A stretch of DNA of 64,000 bases from an uncultured Chloroflexia bacterium (GCA_963779315.1 CAVZXQ010000003.1:85482-149481); one strand, 5' to 3'; counted from the stretch's first letter, positions 40,297 to 50,455 are shown. A program made the numbers and translations. The notes: generated from the sequence alone by a model not told the origin.

Positions 40297-41493
40297 CTAT
40301 TCGGCTGCCAGGCGCCTCGGTAGCACGGCGGCCAGCCGTTCGTAGTCGGCCCGTTCGTTGTACAGCTGGGCAGACACGCGGAGCAGGCGCATCGCGGGTG
40401 CGACGCCGGCCGGGCGTGCGGCCGGGACCGGCCACGGTGTGATCGGGACCTGGATCCCGTCCATGTCCGTCAGGGCTCGCTGGAGGGACCGCGCCTTGGC
40501 ATCGTCCGTCGGGCCGTGTAGGGCGAGCACGGCCATGGAGCCGGTCATCGCATCCGGCGCCGGCGGTTCGAGGCCGAGCGCCCCCGCCAGCACGTCGCGC
40601 CCGGCCACTGCGAGAGCGTGGTTCGACGCCATGACAGACGGCCAGCCACCGGGCTGGATCGTCGCCATCCGATCGATCGCGTCGGCCAGCGTCAGCGCAG
40701 CGGTCGGATCGGCGGTACCAGTCCAGTCGAACTCCAGGCGGTATCGCTCGCGACCCTCGAGCGGTTCGTTCGCGCCATGCGAAACGACCAGCGGATGGAT
40801 GCGCTCACGCCGGTCGGCGCGCACCCACAGGACCGCGGAGCCCTTAGGCCCGCAGAGCCACTTGTGGCCGTTCCCGGTCCAGTACGCGGCGCCCAGCGCG
40901 TCCACGTCGACCGGCACCATCCCCGGGGCGTGAGCGGCATCGACCAGCGTGTCCACGCCGCGTGCCTCCAGCGCCCGCACGATCGCCTCGATCGGCAGGA
41001 TGAGCGCCGTCGGGCTGGTGATGTGACTGATCAGCGCCAGTCGGGTCCGGGCCGTGACGGAGCCGACGATCGCCTCGAGGGCCTCACCGGCGCCTGAGAT
41101 CGGAAACGGGATCCGGGCGATGACGACGCGAGCGCCATCGCGCTCCGCCGCCGCCTGCAACGCATTGAGCGTGGCGTTGTACTCGTGATCGGTGGTGAGC
41201 AGCTCGTCGCCGGGCTCGAAGCGGAGCGACCCCAGGATGGTGCTCACGCCAGTCGTCGCATTCGGGACGAAGGCGAGGCCCGCGGGATCCGCGCCCAGGA
41301 ACTGTGCGATCCGTGTGCGGGCGTCTGTCATGGCGTCCGGCAGGACCCGATCCATGAACCGGACGGGCTCCGCCTCCATCCGGTCCCGCCACGCCCGTTG
41401 CGCCGCCAGGACAGGCTCCGGGCAGGCGCCGTACGAGCCGTGGTTCAGGAACGTGACGGCCGGGTCGAGTCGCCAGCCAAGGTCGGTCCGCAT
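40297..41493 (-). CDS. Class V PLP-dependent aminotransferase (isopenicillin-N-epimerase/cysteine desulfurase-like)
   Basis: ORF 40297..41580, likely starting at MRTDLGW (41493). FLNHGSYGACP, ISHITSPTALILP, GNGHKWLCGPKG (PLP-Lys context). Confidence 0.8.
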   Translation of the reverse strand: MRTDLGWRLDPAVTFLNHGSYGACPEPVLAAQRAWRDRMEAEPVRFMDRVLPDAMTDARTRIAQFLGADPAGLAFVPNATTGVSTILGSLRFEPGDELLTTDHEYNATLNALQAAAERDGARVVIARIPFPISGAGEALEAIVGSVTARTRLALISHITSPTALILPIEAIVRALEARGVDTLVDAAHAPGMVPVDVDALGAAYWTGNGHKWLCGPKGSAVLWVRADRRERIHPLVVSHGANEPLEGRERYRLEFDWTGTADPTAALTLADAIDRMATIQPGGWPSVMASNHALAVAGRDVLAGALGLEPPAPDAMTGSMAVLALHGPTDDAKARSLQRALTDMDGIQVPITPWPVPAARPAGVAPAMRLLRVSAQLYNERADYERLAAVLPRRLAAE

Positions 41494-41542
41494 CGCGCCA
41501 TGATGCCGCCGACAGTCATCGGCCGTCGCCCATGGCCCGGGA

Positions 41543-41872
41543 TCACCCGTCCGGCGGCGACTCGTCCTGCGGCCCATCATCGGGCGGGGTCACGTTCTTC
41601 AAGGGTGGCGGATCCAGGCGTCGGCGCGTCAGGACTCGCGCCACGCGCTCGGGCCCTGCCACGAACGGGGCGAGGTAGGCGATCAACAGGATCGGGACCA
41701 TGAAGCGAACGCCGACGGGTCGTATCGCGATGGCCATCCCCATAAGCCACAGGAACGCGGCGTAGGCGCCGGTGAGCCGGCTGGACACACCCGCGAGCTG
41801 CAGTCGACGCGCCGGGATGAGCACGATGAGGCCCAGGACGAAGGCGAGGGCGAGGAGCCAGGGAGGGGGCAT
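41543..41872 (-). CDS. Small membrane protein
   Basis: Inner start MPPPWLLALAFVLGLIVLIPARR of ORF 41543..42025. Three hydrophobic helices. Confidence 0.4.
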   Translation of the reverse strand: MPPPWLLALAFVLGLIVLIPARRLQLAGVSSRLTGAYAAFLWLMGMAIAIRPVGVRFMVPILLIAYLAPFVAGPERVARVLTRRRLDPPPLKNVTPPDDGPQDESPPDG

Positions 41873-41902
41873 GCGCAGCGATGATACGGCCGGCCGCGTC
41901 CT

Positions 41903-43303
41903 GTGCCGTGCATCCGCCGATCGGGCGACCACCTCGGGCCGGTACCCTTGCCGCCCGTCCCCGCCTCGAGGATCCCGTTGACCGACGACCGCGAGTCCAA
42001 CCGAATCCAGGCCTGGATCCAGCAATGGGGTCCGATCCTCCCGCTGCTCGCCGCCGAGTTCATCGTGTGGCTGGGGTTCGGTGCGCTGATCCCGGTCCTG
42101 CCCCTCTACTTCGTGGAGCAGGGCCTGGATCTTGCGACGCTCGGCCTCGTCATCGCCGCGTGGCCCATCGCCAGGCTGGTGACCGAGCCGCTCTTCGGCT
42201 GGCTCGCCGACCGGACGGCCCGTGTCCCGTGGATGGTCGCCGGCCTGCTCTTGACCGGGCTGTTCGAGATGCTCCCGCTCTTCCTGGTCGGGCCGATCGC
42301 ATTCGTCCTGCTCCGCGCTGCGGCCGGTCTCGCGGCCGCCATGTACGACCCCGCGGCCCGCGGGTACCTCACCGACGCCACGCCCCCCGAGCGACGTGGT
42401 GAGGCCTTCGGCCTGTACGGCGCCGCCCAGATGGGCGGCCTGTTGATCGGCCCGGCCATCGGTGCGCTCGGCGCGGGCGCCTTCGGCGGCATCCAGTTCG
42501 TATTCGTCTTCGGCGCGATCTCCTCATTCCTGAGCGCCGCGGCCGTCGCCTGGCGAGTCAAGGAGACCGGCAGCCGGACACACCCGGCACTGTCGCATGA
42601 CGCCACCGAGCTCCCACGGGATACCCCGTCAGTCACGGAGCGAGCCGCCAACGATGCCGACGCGGACCGCGTGCTGAACGTGGACCCGACCGCTCCGCGA
42701 AGATTGCTCAACCGGGGCCTGATCGCCGCGCTCGTGATCAACGTGGGCGGGTACTACGCCGGCGGCACGTACGAGGTCATCTGGAGCCTGTTCTTGCAGC
42801 ACCTCGGCGCCGGGCTGGACCTGATCGGATTCACGTTCGCGATGTTCGGGCTGCCCGTCCTGCTGCTGTCGCCGTTCGCGGGGAGGATCGTGGACCGGCG
42901 TGGGTCGTACCTGTTCATCGTGCTCGGTTGCGTCATCCCGACGGCTGTCGGCATCGGCTACACGCTGATCGTGGATCCGCTGCTGGCGGTCCCGCTGATC
43001 ATGGCCGAGGCGACCGCGTTCGCGTTGCTCAACCCGGCCCTCTACTCCGTGGTCGCGGCCAACAGCCCGGTCGGCCGATCATCGACGGCGCAGGGGCTGT
43101 TCGGGGCGGCGGGGACGATGGGATTCATCGTCGCGTCGCTCGTGACGGGGATCCTCGCGGAGCAGGAGATCATCTACCCGTTCTACGTGTTCAGCGCCGT
43201 CATGCTCATCAGCCTGATCCTGGGTCTCCTGATCGGCGGGCGACGACTGCGCTATCACCCACCCGCGGCAGTGGCGACGGTCGCGCCGGTCGTGGCGCCG
43301 TGA
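41903..43303 (+). CDS. MFS transporter
   Basis: Intact ORF with about 12 helices. FGWLADRTARVPWM loop 2-3 motif (G-x-L-x-D-R). Start uncertain. Confidence 0.8.
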   Translation: MPCIRRSGDHLGPVPLPPVPASRIPLTDDRESNRIQAWIQQWGPILPLLAAEFIVWLGFGALIPVLPLYFVEQGLDLATLGLVIAAWPIARLVTEPLFGWLADRTARVPWMVAGLLLTGLFEMLPLFLVGPIAFVLLRAAAGLAAAMYDPAARGYLTDATPPERRGEAFGLYGAAQMGGLLIGPAIGALGAGAFGGIQFVFVFGAISSFLSAAAVAWRVKETGSRTHPALSHDATELPRDTPSVTERAANDADADRVLNVDPTAPRRLLNRGLIAALVINVGGYYAGGTYEVIWSLFLQHLGAGLDLIGFTFAMFGLPVLLLSPFAGRIVDRRGSYLFIVLGCVIPTAVGIGYTLIVDPLLAVPLIMAEATAFALLNPALYSVVAANSPVGRSSTAQGLFGAAGTMGFIVASLVTGILAEQEIIYPFYVFSAVMLISLILGLLIGGRRLRYHPPAAVATVAPVVAP

Positions 43304-44145
43304 CGACCGTCGGGGCTCCGCCCGCGCCGACCGGCGCGCCGCCAGCGCCCACGGTCCTGGTCATCGGCGGATTCCTGAGTTCGCCGCCGATCTACGGTCC
43401 CTTCCGCCAGCGGCTCCTGGAGCGCGGGGCCCGGCACGTGGAGGTCGCCCAGATCTGGACGCCGGATTGGTTGCTGTCGGTGCGCCGCGGTGGCGGGCCG
43501 ATCGCCACACGGGCGGCAAGAGCGCTGCTCAAGGCGGTCGAGGTCGCCGACGGCGTGCCGCTCCTCGTCGTGGGGCACTCGTCCGGCGGGGTGGCCGCGC
43601 GGGTCTTGACCGCCACAGAACCCTACGAGGGCCGCCGGTTCGCGGGGGCCCGGCGCATCGGGGCGATCGTCTCGCTGGGCTCGCCGCACATCAACGCCAT
43701 GGAGGCCGTCGGGGATCGCTGGAAGGGGAGCGGCACCGCGACGTTCGCGAACCTGCATGTGCCGGGCGCGTTCTGGGCACCGCGAGTCGGCTACCTGTCG
43801 GTGGCGTCACGCTGGCTCGCCGCTCGATCCGATGGCGAACGTGATGGTCGCGAGCAGGCCGCCAGGCGGTTCTACGAGCGGACGTTGCCGCCACCGCACG
43901 CGCCGACCATCGAAGGCGACGGCCTGATCCCGGTCGAGGCCGCCCTGTTGTCGGGCGCCCGCCAGCTCGTCCTGGACGACGCGGCCCATGCGCCGGGAGC
44001 CGGCCACCCCTGGTACGGCTCGGACGATGTCATCGGCGAGTGGTGGCCCGCTGCGCTCGAGACCTGGCATGACGCCCTCGCGGCCCGGGTCGCAGCCGGC
44101 GCTGCCACCGCCCACGAGACGGCCGCCGACGACCCGGCCATTTGA
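43300..44145 (+). CDS. Alpha/beta hydrolase (lipase/esterase-like)
   Basis: GTG 43300 overlaps the MFS stop (GTGA). TVLVIGGFLSSP and nucleophile elbow VVGHSSGG, inside ORF 42928..44145. Confidence 0.65.
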   Translation: MTTVGAPPAPTGAPPAPTVLVIGGFLSSPPIYGPFRQRLLERGARHVEVAQIWTPDWLLSVRRGGGPIATRAARALLKAVEVADGVPLLVVGHSSGGVAARVLTATEPYEGRRFAGARRIGAIVSLGSPHINAMEAVGDRWKGSGTATFANLHVPGAFWAPRVGYLSVASRWLAARSDGERDGREQAARRFYERTLPPPHAPTIEGDGLIPVEAALLSGARQLVLDDAAHAPGAGHPWYGSDDVIGEWWPAALETWHDALAARVAAGAATAHETAADDPAI

Positions 44146-44174
44146 CCGAATGGCCGCCAGGGCCTACCGTACGC

Positions 44175-44249
44175 GAGCGGGGTGGAGCAGCGGCAGCTCG
44201 TCGGGCTCATAACCCGAAGGTCACTGGTTCGAATCCAGTCCCCGCAACC
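44175..44249 (+). tRNA. Initiator tRNA-Met (anticodon CAU), CCA encoded
   Basis: agcggggtggagcagcggcagctcgtcgggctCATaacccgaaggtcactggttcgaatccagtccccgcaACCA. Three G-C pairs closing the anticodon stem, and unpaired positions 1:72. Confidence 0.9.
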
Positions 44250-44263
44250 AACACGCCTTTTCC

Positions 44264-44299
44264 TGAACCCCGGGCCCGACCACCCGGGGTTCTTCCTTG
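44264..44299 (+). terminator. Intrinsic terminator after tRNA-fMet
   Basis: Perfect 10-bp stem: gaaccccggg (44264..44273) pairs with cccggggttc (44282..44291). 8-nt loop, followed by ttccttgt. Confidence 0.65.
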
Positions 44300-44342
44300 T
44301 CGGCGCGGCCCATCGACGACGGGCTTCGCGTAGCATCCGATC

Positions 44343-44828
44343 GTGGAACCAGCGACAGACCAGGCACCCGCCTCGCTCCGGACCGAGCGATCCAGGCCGG
44401 TGCGTGCGGTGTTCGTCATGCTTGGGACCGTCTTCCTGTGCCTCGCGGCGCTGGGCATCGTCATCCCGGTCCTGCCCACGACGCCGTTCGTGCTCCTGGC
44501 CGCGGCATGTTACCTGCGCGCCTCCAAGCGGCTCCACGACCGGCTGCTCGGAAGCCGTACCTTCGGGCCTACCATCGCCGCGTGGCAGGAGCAGGGCGCG
44601 ATCCCGCCACGGGCCAAGGTCGTGGCCATCGTCATGGTGACGGCCACGTTCGTCATCTCGATCGCCTTCGTCGCCGATTCGCCTGTCGTGCGAGCCGGTC
44701 TGGCGATCGCCGGCGCGATCCTGGTCGCGTGGCTCTGGAGCCGGCCGTCGTGGATCCCACCTGCCGGCGCTGGCGCAGCCGCCGGCGCTGGCGCGGGCGC
44801 TGCCGCTGATACCCCGCGCGTCGAGTGA
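44343..44828 (+). CDS. DUF454 / YbaN-family inner membrane protein
   Basis: GIVIPVLPTTPFVLLAAACYLRASKRLHDRLL pattern. Ala/Gly low-complexity tail. Confidence 0.7.
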   Translation: MEPATDQAPASLRTERSRPVRAVFVMLGTVFLCLAALGIVIPVLPTTPFVLLAAACYLRASKRLHDRLLGSRTFGPTIAAWQEQGAIPPRAKVVAIVMVTATFVISIAFVADSPVVRAGLAIAGAILVAWLWSRPSWIPPAGAGAAAGAGAGAAADTPRVE

Positions 44829-44975
44829 CCACAGCTCGCCGTGACACCCGGACCGCGGCTCGATGACCTTCGGCACGAGCCGAGGTTGACCGGGCAGCGG
44901 ATGATGCACTCACGCCCACGCCCCAGGCCGCCGCTTCCTGCCGCCTGGCCCGGGCGACGAATGCGGTAGATCGAC

Positions 44976-45929
44976 ATGCGGATCCGTCGCGGCCTGCTGT
45001 TCGCCGGCCTGTTCCTCATCCCGCTCGGCGGGATGACGCTGCTGGTCCGGGCCGGAACCATCGATCCGGACGCCCTCACCGACATCTGGCGGCTGTGGCC
45101 GCTCATCTTGATCGGCTTCGGGGTCGCACTCCTGCTTGGCCGCAGTCGCGCGGCATCGCTCGGGACGGCGATCGCCGCGCTCGTGCTGGGGGTACTCGTC
45201 GGTGGCGCCATCGCGTCCGGTGGCGCGCTCGTCGGATCGATCTCCGATTGCGGTCCAGCGATCGGCCAGACCGAACGGCTCGACGAGAGCGGCACGTTCG
45301 TCGGGCCGGCGACGGTGACGCTGGACCTGCGCTGCGGGTCCGTGGACGTCACGACCCAGGCCGGGTCCGCCTGGCAGGTCGGGGCGGACTACCAGGGGTC
45401 TGCGCCGATCGTCACGAGCGCCGACGATCGGCTTGACGTCCGTGCTCCCGCGTCCGACGGGCGACATGACGACCTGACCATCGTCGTGCCGGCCGGCTTC
45501 CTCTCGGCGGTCGACCTGGCGTCGAATGCCGGCAGCGGAACGCTCGTCCTCGATGGCGCGGCGCTGAGCCGGGTCAAGGTCGATGCGAACGCCGGCGACG
45601 TGTTCATCGATGCCGGCAAGGCGACGCTCGACCGGCTCGACGTCTCGATGAATGCCGGACGAGCGCGGATCATCCTCGGGCCGGGCACCACGACCGGCTC
45701 GATCTCGGTGAACGCGGGCGCCATCGAGTTGTGCGTCCCGCCCGATGCCGTCCTGCGACTCACCGTGAACGAGCAACTCACCTTCGTGACGAACCTCGCC
45801 GATCGCGGGCTGCAACGCAGCGGGACGAGCTGGAGTCGGGCCGGGTCGGCCCAGGACCGGCTGATCGACCTGGCCATCTCTGGCAATGTGGCGAGCTTCT
45901 CGCTCGACCCGAACGGAGGCTGTCGATGA
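44976..45929 (+). CDS. LiaF-like / toast-rack (DUF2154/DUF4097-type) membrane protein
   Basis: Intact ORF. N-terminal helices LLFAGLFLIPLGGMTLL and WPLILIGFGVALLLG. C-terminal repetitive beta-strand region (VDVTTQ, LDVRAP, VDLASNAGSGTLVL, VKVDANAGDVFI, LDVSMNAGRARI, ISVNAGAIEL). Confidence 0.6.
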   Translation: MRIRRGLLFAGLFLIPLGGMTLLVRAGTIDPDALTDIWRLWPLILIGFGVALLLGRSRAASLGTAIAALVLGVLVGGAIASGGALVGSISDCGPAIGQTERLDESGTFVGPATVTLDLRCGSVDVTTQAGSAWQVGADYQGSAPIVTSADDRLDVRAPASDGRHDDLTIVVPAGFLSAVDLASNAGSGTLVLDGAALSRVKVDANAGDVFIDAGKATLDRLDVSMNAGRARIILGPGTTTGSISVNAGAIELCVPPDAVLRLTVNEQLTFVTNLADRGLQRSGTSWSRAGSAQDRLIDLAISGNVASFSLDPNGGCR

Positions 45930-46435
45930 ACGAGCGCCTGTACCGGTCGCGCGACGACCGGATGCTGGCCGGCGTCGCTGGCGGGCTGGCCGAGATGTGG
46001 GATGCGGATCCGTCCCTGGTCCGCATCGTCTGGGCGCTGCTGGTCTTCCTGACCGGCGGATTCGCCCTCCTCGTCTACATCGTCATGGCGATCGTCGTGC
46101 CGGAGGGTGACGCACCATCACCCGCGAGCCCCGGGGCCGCGGGGACGTCCGAGGCGGCCGGAACGCCCGAGACGCCCGAGGCGGCCGAGTCACGCCGGGC
46201 GGCTCGAGAGGCCCGGCGCGCCGAACGCCGTGCCGCCAGGGGCGAGCGCGGCAACTCGGCCGGGATCCTCGTCGGGGCCTTGCTCATCCTCATCGGCGGT
46301 GCGTTCTTCGTGCGCGAGTGGCTGCCCGCGTTCGACTTCGGCTTCTTCTGGCCCTTGGCCCTCGTCGGCCTCGGGATCGTCGTCCTGGTGATCGGGTTCA
46401 GCCGTGACTCGGGCGGCGGAGGGACGGCGTCGTGA
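45926..46435 (+). CDS. PspC-domain membrane protein
   Basis: ATG 45926 overlaps the upstream stop. MNERLYRSRDDRMLAGVAGGLAEMWDADPSLVRIVWALLVFLTGGFALLVYIVMAIVVP. Confidence 0.8.
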   Translation: MNERLYRSRDDRMLAGVAGGLAEMWDADPSLVRIVWALLVFLTGGFALLVYIVMAIVVPEGDAPSPASPGAAGTSEAAGTPETPEAAESRRAAREARRAERRAARGERGNSAGILVGALLILIGGAFFVREWLPAFDFGFFWPLALVGLGIVVLVIGFSRDSGGGGTAS

Positions 46436-47403
46436 CGGCCTCCCGGCGTGGCGCGATCACCGGCGCGACGTGGCTCATCGGCCTCGGTGTCGTCCTGCTC
46501 ATCCGTGAGCTGCAGGGCTGGTCGTGGGGCGAGGCGTGGCCGCTGTTCATCATCCTCGTCGGGGTGGCGAGCTTCATCTCCACGCTCGTGAGCTGGCGAC
46601 CCGGCTTTGCCGGGATCTGGTCGTTCACCTGGCCGGTGGCCTGGACGATCGGTGGGGTCGTGCTGCTGATGAGCACGACCGGGCAACTCTCCCAGGGCCC
46701 GGGTGAAGTCTTCAGCGAGTACTGGCCGTGGGTCGCGGTCGTCATCGGTGCCTGGTTCGTGCTTGGCGCGTTCTTCCCGGTCGGTCGCGGACCGACCGAG
46801 CAGCTGGCACTCCCGCTCGTAGGCACCACCGACGCATCGGTCGCCATCAAGTTCGGGGCCGGGACACTGACCGCCCACGCGGCGGCTCCGGGCAACCTCG
46901 TCGACGGGAGGTTCGAGGGCGGTGTCCGGCATCGCTCCGGTGGCCCGAACCGCGTCGAGATCGAGCAGGACACGACGTATGGCCTGCCGTGGCTCGACAA
47001 CGCGGCGAACTGGGACGTTGGCCTCACGGGCGAGGTCCCGCTCGACCTGCGTCTCGACACCGGCGCGAACCGCTCGATGCTCGATCTGCGCGAACTTCGA
47101 CTTCGAAGCCTCGCGCTGAAGACCGGCGCGAGCGAGACCCGCGTCCGCCTCCCGAGGGCCGCCGGGGTGACCGCCGTCCGCGCGGAGTCCGGTGTCGCGT
47201 CACTCACATTGGAGGTGCCGGCCGGCGTGGCCGCCCGGATCCGTGGCCGGATGGCGCTCGGCACTAGCCAGGTTGACCAGGCGCTGTTCCCCCGGGTCGG
47301 CGATGACTACGAATCGCCTGGCTTCGCCGCCGCATCCAACCGGATCGAGATCGACATCGCGGGCGGCGTGGGCTCGGTCAGGGTCATCGGCGGTCCGGCG
47401 TAA
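46432..47403 (+). CDS. Second LiaF-like / toast-rack membrane protein
   Basis: GTG 46432 overlaps the PspC stop. Four N-terminal helices, then a repetitive C-terminal region (LDLRLDTGANRSMLDL, LALKTGASETRVRL, VRAESGVASLTLEV, IEIDIAGGVGSVRV). Confidence 0.6.
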   Translation: MTASRRGAITGATWLIGLGVVLLIRELQGWSWGEAWPLFIILVGVASFISTLVSWRPGFAGIWSFTWPVAWTIGGVVLLMSTTGQLSQGPGEVFSEYWPWVAVVIGAWFVLGAFFPVGRGPTEQLALPLVGTTDASVAIKFGAGTLTAHAAAPGNLVDGRFEGGVRHRSGGPNRVEIEQDTTYGLPWLDNAANWDVGLTGEVPLDLRLDTGANRSMLDLRELRLRSLALKTGASETRVRLPRAAGVTAVRAESGVASLTLEVPAGVAARIRGRMALGTSQVDQALFPRVGDDYESPGFAAASNRIEIDIAGGVGSVRVIGGPA

Positions 47404-47420
47404 GGTCGTCGACCACCCCC

Positions 47421-48635
47421 TCAGCGGAGCGTACGAAGCGCCCGGTTGAAGGACAAGCACGACCGCGAGGATGAGCAACACGGCCCCGGCTACCAGCTGG
47501 GTCACTGGGGCGCCGACACGGGCAGCCGCCAGTCCGACCGTGAGGTGGCCGACCGGTCCCCAGCCGACGGCGAACGTCCAGACGCCCATGGCGGCGCCAC
47601 GCTCGGAGTCTTCCGTCGATCGCTGCATGAGCGATTGCGACAGGGAATCGCTGACGGCGGCCGCGCCACCGGCGATGAAGATGGGGATGAACGCGACCGC
47701 CAGTGTCGGCGAGATCGCCAGGGCGACCAGCGCCGCGCCGAACAGCGCACTCGTCGTCAACAGCACGCTGCCGCGCGTCAGTCGCGTGCCGTAGATCGCG
47801 ACGGCGACGAGGGCAGCGGCACCGCCCAGGCGCATCATCGCGGCCATCGCTCCGTAGCCCGACGCATCGGTCCCGAAGACCTGGTCGGCGAAGACCGGCA
47901 GCAGGACCATCGACGAGAAGCCGAAGATCTCGGTCACGACGACCGCCAGGGCGAGCAGCGCCAGCAGGTGGTTCCGGCGGATCAGGAGCAGCGATCCGCG
48001 GACGCTCATCGGGGGAGCCCGCGGCGTCCGGGGCCGCCAGCCGGCGACGTGCCTCCGCGGACGGCGCTCCGGCCAGCAGCAGGGCGGTGCTGATGCCCAG
48101 GGCCACCGCCATGACCAGGAACGCCATGCCCGGGCCGTAGTCAATCCATGATCGGGCCGGCCACCACGTTGCCCAGCGCGCTCATCAACTGCCAGCCGAT
48201 CGCCGCGATGGCGATCCCGCTCGTCGCCAGGAGCGGCCCGACCAGGTCGTAGGTGTACGCCTGGGCGGACGCGATCTTCCCGGCATCCAGCGTCCCGAAC
48301 GCCAGGGCGGCCAGCAGGATCGCCCAGAGCGGCAGTGCGCCGAGTGACGCAGCGCCACTCAGGAGCAACGCCAGCCCGATGGCGGCGAGGTTCGTCAGCA
48401 CGAGCAGCGTCCGCCGGTCCATCCGGTCGGCCAGGAGGCCGGCCGGGATCCCGAACACGAGCAGGGCCCCGGCGCGGAGGGCGAAGATCAGCCCGATGGC
48501 GCCCGGGTCCGTACGGACCAGCCAGACCAGGGCGACCGTGCTGACGCTGACGCCGAACGCCGAGACCGCATTGGAGGCGGCCAGGGCCGGATACCCATGC
48601 CTTCGGAACGGCGCGAGGGCCGATCCCGAGATCAA
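47421..48635 (-). pseudogene. MFS transporter, at least two or three frame changes; 3' end uncertain
   Basis: N-terminal half in ORF 48141..48635 (TTG start; GIPAGLLADRMDRRTLL motif). C-terminal half within ORF 47200..48852 (..FSSMVLLPVFADQVFG .. IPIFIAGGAAAVSDS..). A third-frame stop at complement 47421..47423 would avoid overlap with the convergent gene. Confidence 0.6.
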
Positions 48636-48641
48636 GGCGTG

Positions 48642-49484
48642 TCAGCGACTCATGTTGCGGTAGCGGCGGACGCCGAGCGGGCCGAACACGACGATGAACA
48701 ACACGATCCAGATGACCGTGACGAGGATGGGGTTCTGGGTCGGGAAGTTGTCGCCGATCTGCGGGTTCGGATTGCCCCACAGGTTCCGCAACGAGCGACG
48801 CCAGCGTGGTCACCGGGTTCCAGTCGGCGAAGGGCTGCAGCCAGTCCGGCATCGTCTAGATGGGCACGAACACGCCCGAGATGAACGTGATCGGGAAGAG
48901 CACGGTGAACGAGACCTGCTGCGCCACCTCCACGGTCGGCACGACCACGCCGAGCCAGACGCCGAGCCAGGCCATCGCGAAGGCGAAGGCGAGGAGCAGG
49001 CCCACGCCGGCCAGGAAGCTGACGAGGTCCGTGTTGACGCGACCAGCCGACGGCCAGGCCGGCCAGCATCAGCACGACGAGGATCCCGGCGTTGTAGACG
49101 ACTTCCGAGAACGTCCGGCCGATGAGCACGGCCGAGCGGGCCATCGGCAGCGAGCGGAAGCGGTCGATGATGCCCTTGTTGATGTCGTCGCACATGCCGA
49201 TCGCCACGGTGGCCGCGGCGAAGACGATGGTCTGGACGAAGATGCCTGGCAGCAGGTACTCGCGGTAGGCGTTCGGTCCCGGAGTAGCCCGCGAGCGGGA
49301 TGGCGCCGCCGAACACGAACGCGAACAGCAGCACGAACATGATCGACTGGATGATCGCGAAGATCGCCAGCTCCGGGATCCGCGGGATCCGCCTGAGGTT
49401 GCGGCCGGTGATGACCAGCGAGTCCGAGATGGACTGGCGGATCCCGCCCTGGGGCGCCGGAAGATGCTCGGTGGCGGTGGTCAT
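48642..49484 (-). pseudogene. ABC-2 type exporter permease (DrrB-like), several frame changes
   Basis: MTTATEHLPAPQGGIRQSISDSLVITGRNLRRIPRIPELAIFAIIQSIMFVLLFAFVFGGAIP (ORF 48810..49484). DINKGIIDRFRSLPMARSAVLIGRTFSEVVYN (ORF 48650..49207). MPDWLQPFADWNPVTTLASL (start of ORF 47200..48852). My translation of the C-terminus gives ..VIWIVLFIVVFGPLGVRRYRNMSR-stop at complement 48642..48644. Confidence 0.7.
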
Positions 49485-50455
49485 GCCGCGTCCTCCTCGG
49501 TGGCTTCTGCGGTATGGCCGGTCAGTCCGAGGAAGACCTCGTCGAGCGTCGGTCGACGCAGGGCGATGTCGTCGATGGCGATCCCGGCTTCATCGAGGTC
49601 GCGGACGACCTGCGCGAGGCCTTGGCGCCGCCCTGGGCCGGTACGGTCAGCTTGCGGGTGTGCTCGTCGAGGGTCGCCTCCCCGGCGCCGATCACGGTTC
49701 AGGACCTCGGCCGCCCGGGTGATGTCGTCACGCGAGTGGACGACGACCTCGATGCGAGCGCCGCCGAGGTCGGCCTTGAGCTCGATCCGCGGTGCCCGCG
49801 GGCGATGATCTTGCCGTGGTCAACGACCGCGATCGTGTCGGCCAGCTCGTCCGCCTCCTCGAGGTACTGGGTGGTGAGCAGGAGCGTCGTGCCCTCGCGC
49901 ACGAGGCCGCGGATGACGTCCCACATCCCGAGCCGGCTGCGCGGGTCCAGGCCCGTCGTCGGCTCGTCGAGGAACAGGAGCTTCGGTCGCCCGATGAGGG
50001 CGCTGCCGAGGTCGAGCCGCCGGCGCATGCCGCCCGAGTAGGTCTTGATCGACGCGGTCGCCGGCGTCGGTCAGCTCGAACTGCTCGAGCAGCTCATCGG
50101 CTCGTCGCTTGGCCTCGGACTTCGGCAGCTGGTAGAGCCGGCCGAACATCTCGAGGTTCTCGCGACCGGTCAGGTTCTCGTCGACGGCTGCGTACTGGCC
50201 GGACAGGCCGATGACCGAGCGGAGCTGCTGGGCCTGCTTGACGACGTCGAAGCCGGCCACGGTGGCATGCCCGGCGTCCGGCTTCAGGAGCGTCGCGAGG
50301 ATCCGGACCGTGGTCGTCTTGCCGGCACCGTTGGGCCCGAGCAGGCCCAGGACCGTGCCTTCCGGGACTTCCAGGTCGACGCCGTCGAGGGCGCGCACCT
50401 CGATCTTGCGCGACCGGTAGACCTTGACCAGGCCTTCGGCCGAGATGGCATTCAT
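49481..50455 (-). pseudogene. ABC transporter ATP-binding protein (DrrA-like), about three frame changes
   Basis: ATG 50455 [49 protein letters not shown] (ORF 49820..50623). Walker B and following region [16 protein letters not shown] .. [16 protein letters not shown] (ORF 49699..50028). Its stop overlaps the permease ATG (ATGA at 49481..49484). Confidence 0.85.

Noticed and set aside
44182-44640. ORFs overlapping the two tRNA genes: 44182..44640(+), 43872..44909(-), 27106..27522(-), 27488..27931(+)
   Set aside because: They run through well-formed tRNA cloverleaves and lack any protein signature.
44762-44805. GCN-rich near-repeats: gccggcgctggcgc... in the YbaN tail, similar tracts at 50520..50545, and the GAC run at 16430..16445. 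Considered as tandem-repeat or CRISPR-like elements
   Set aside because: They are short, lie within coding or leader sequence, and encode low-complexity Ala/Gly or Asp runs. There is no repeat-spacer periodicity.
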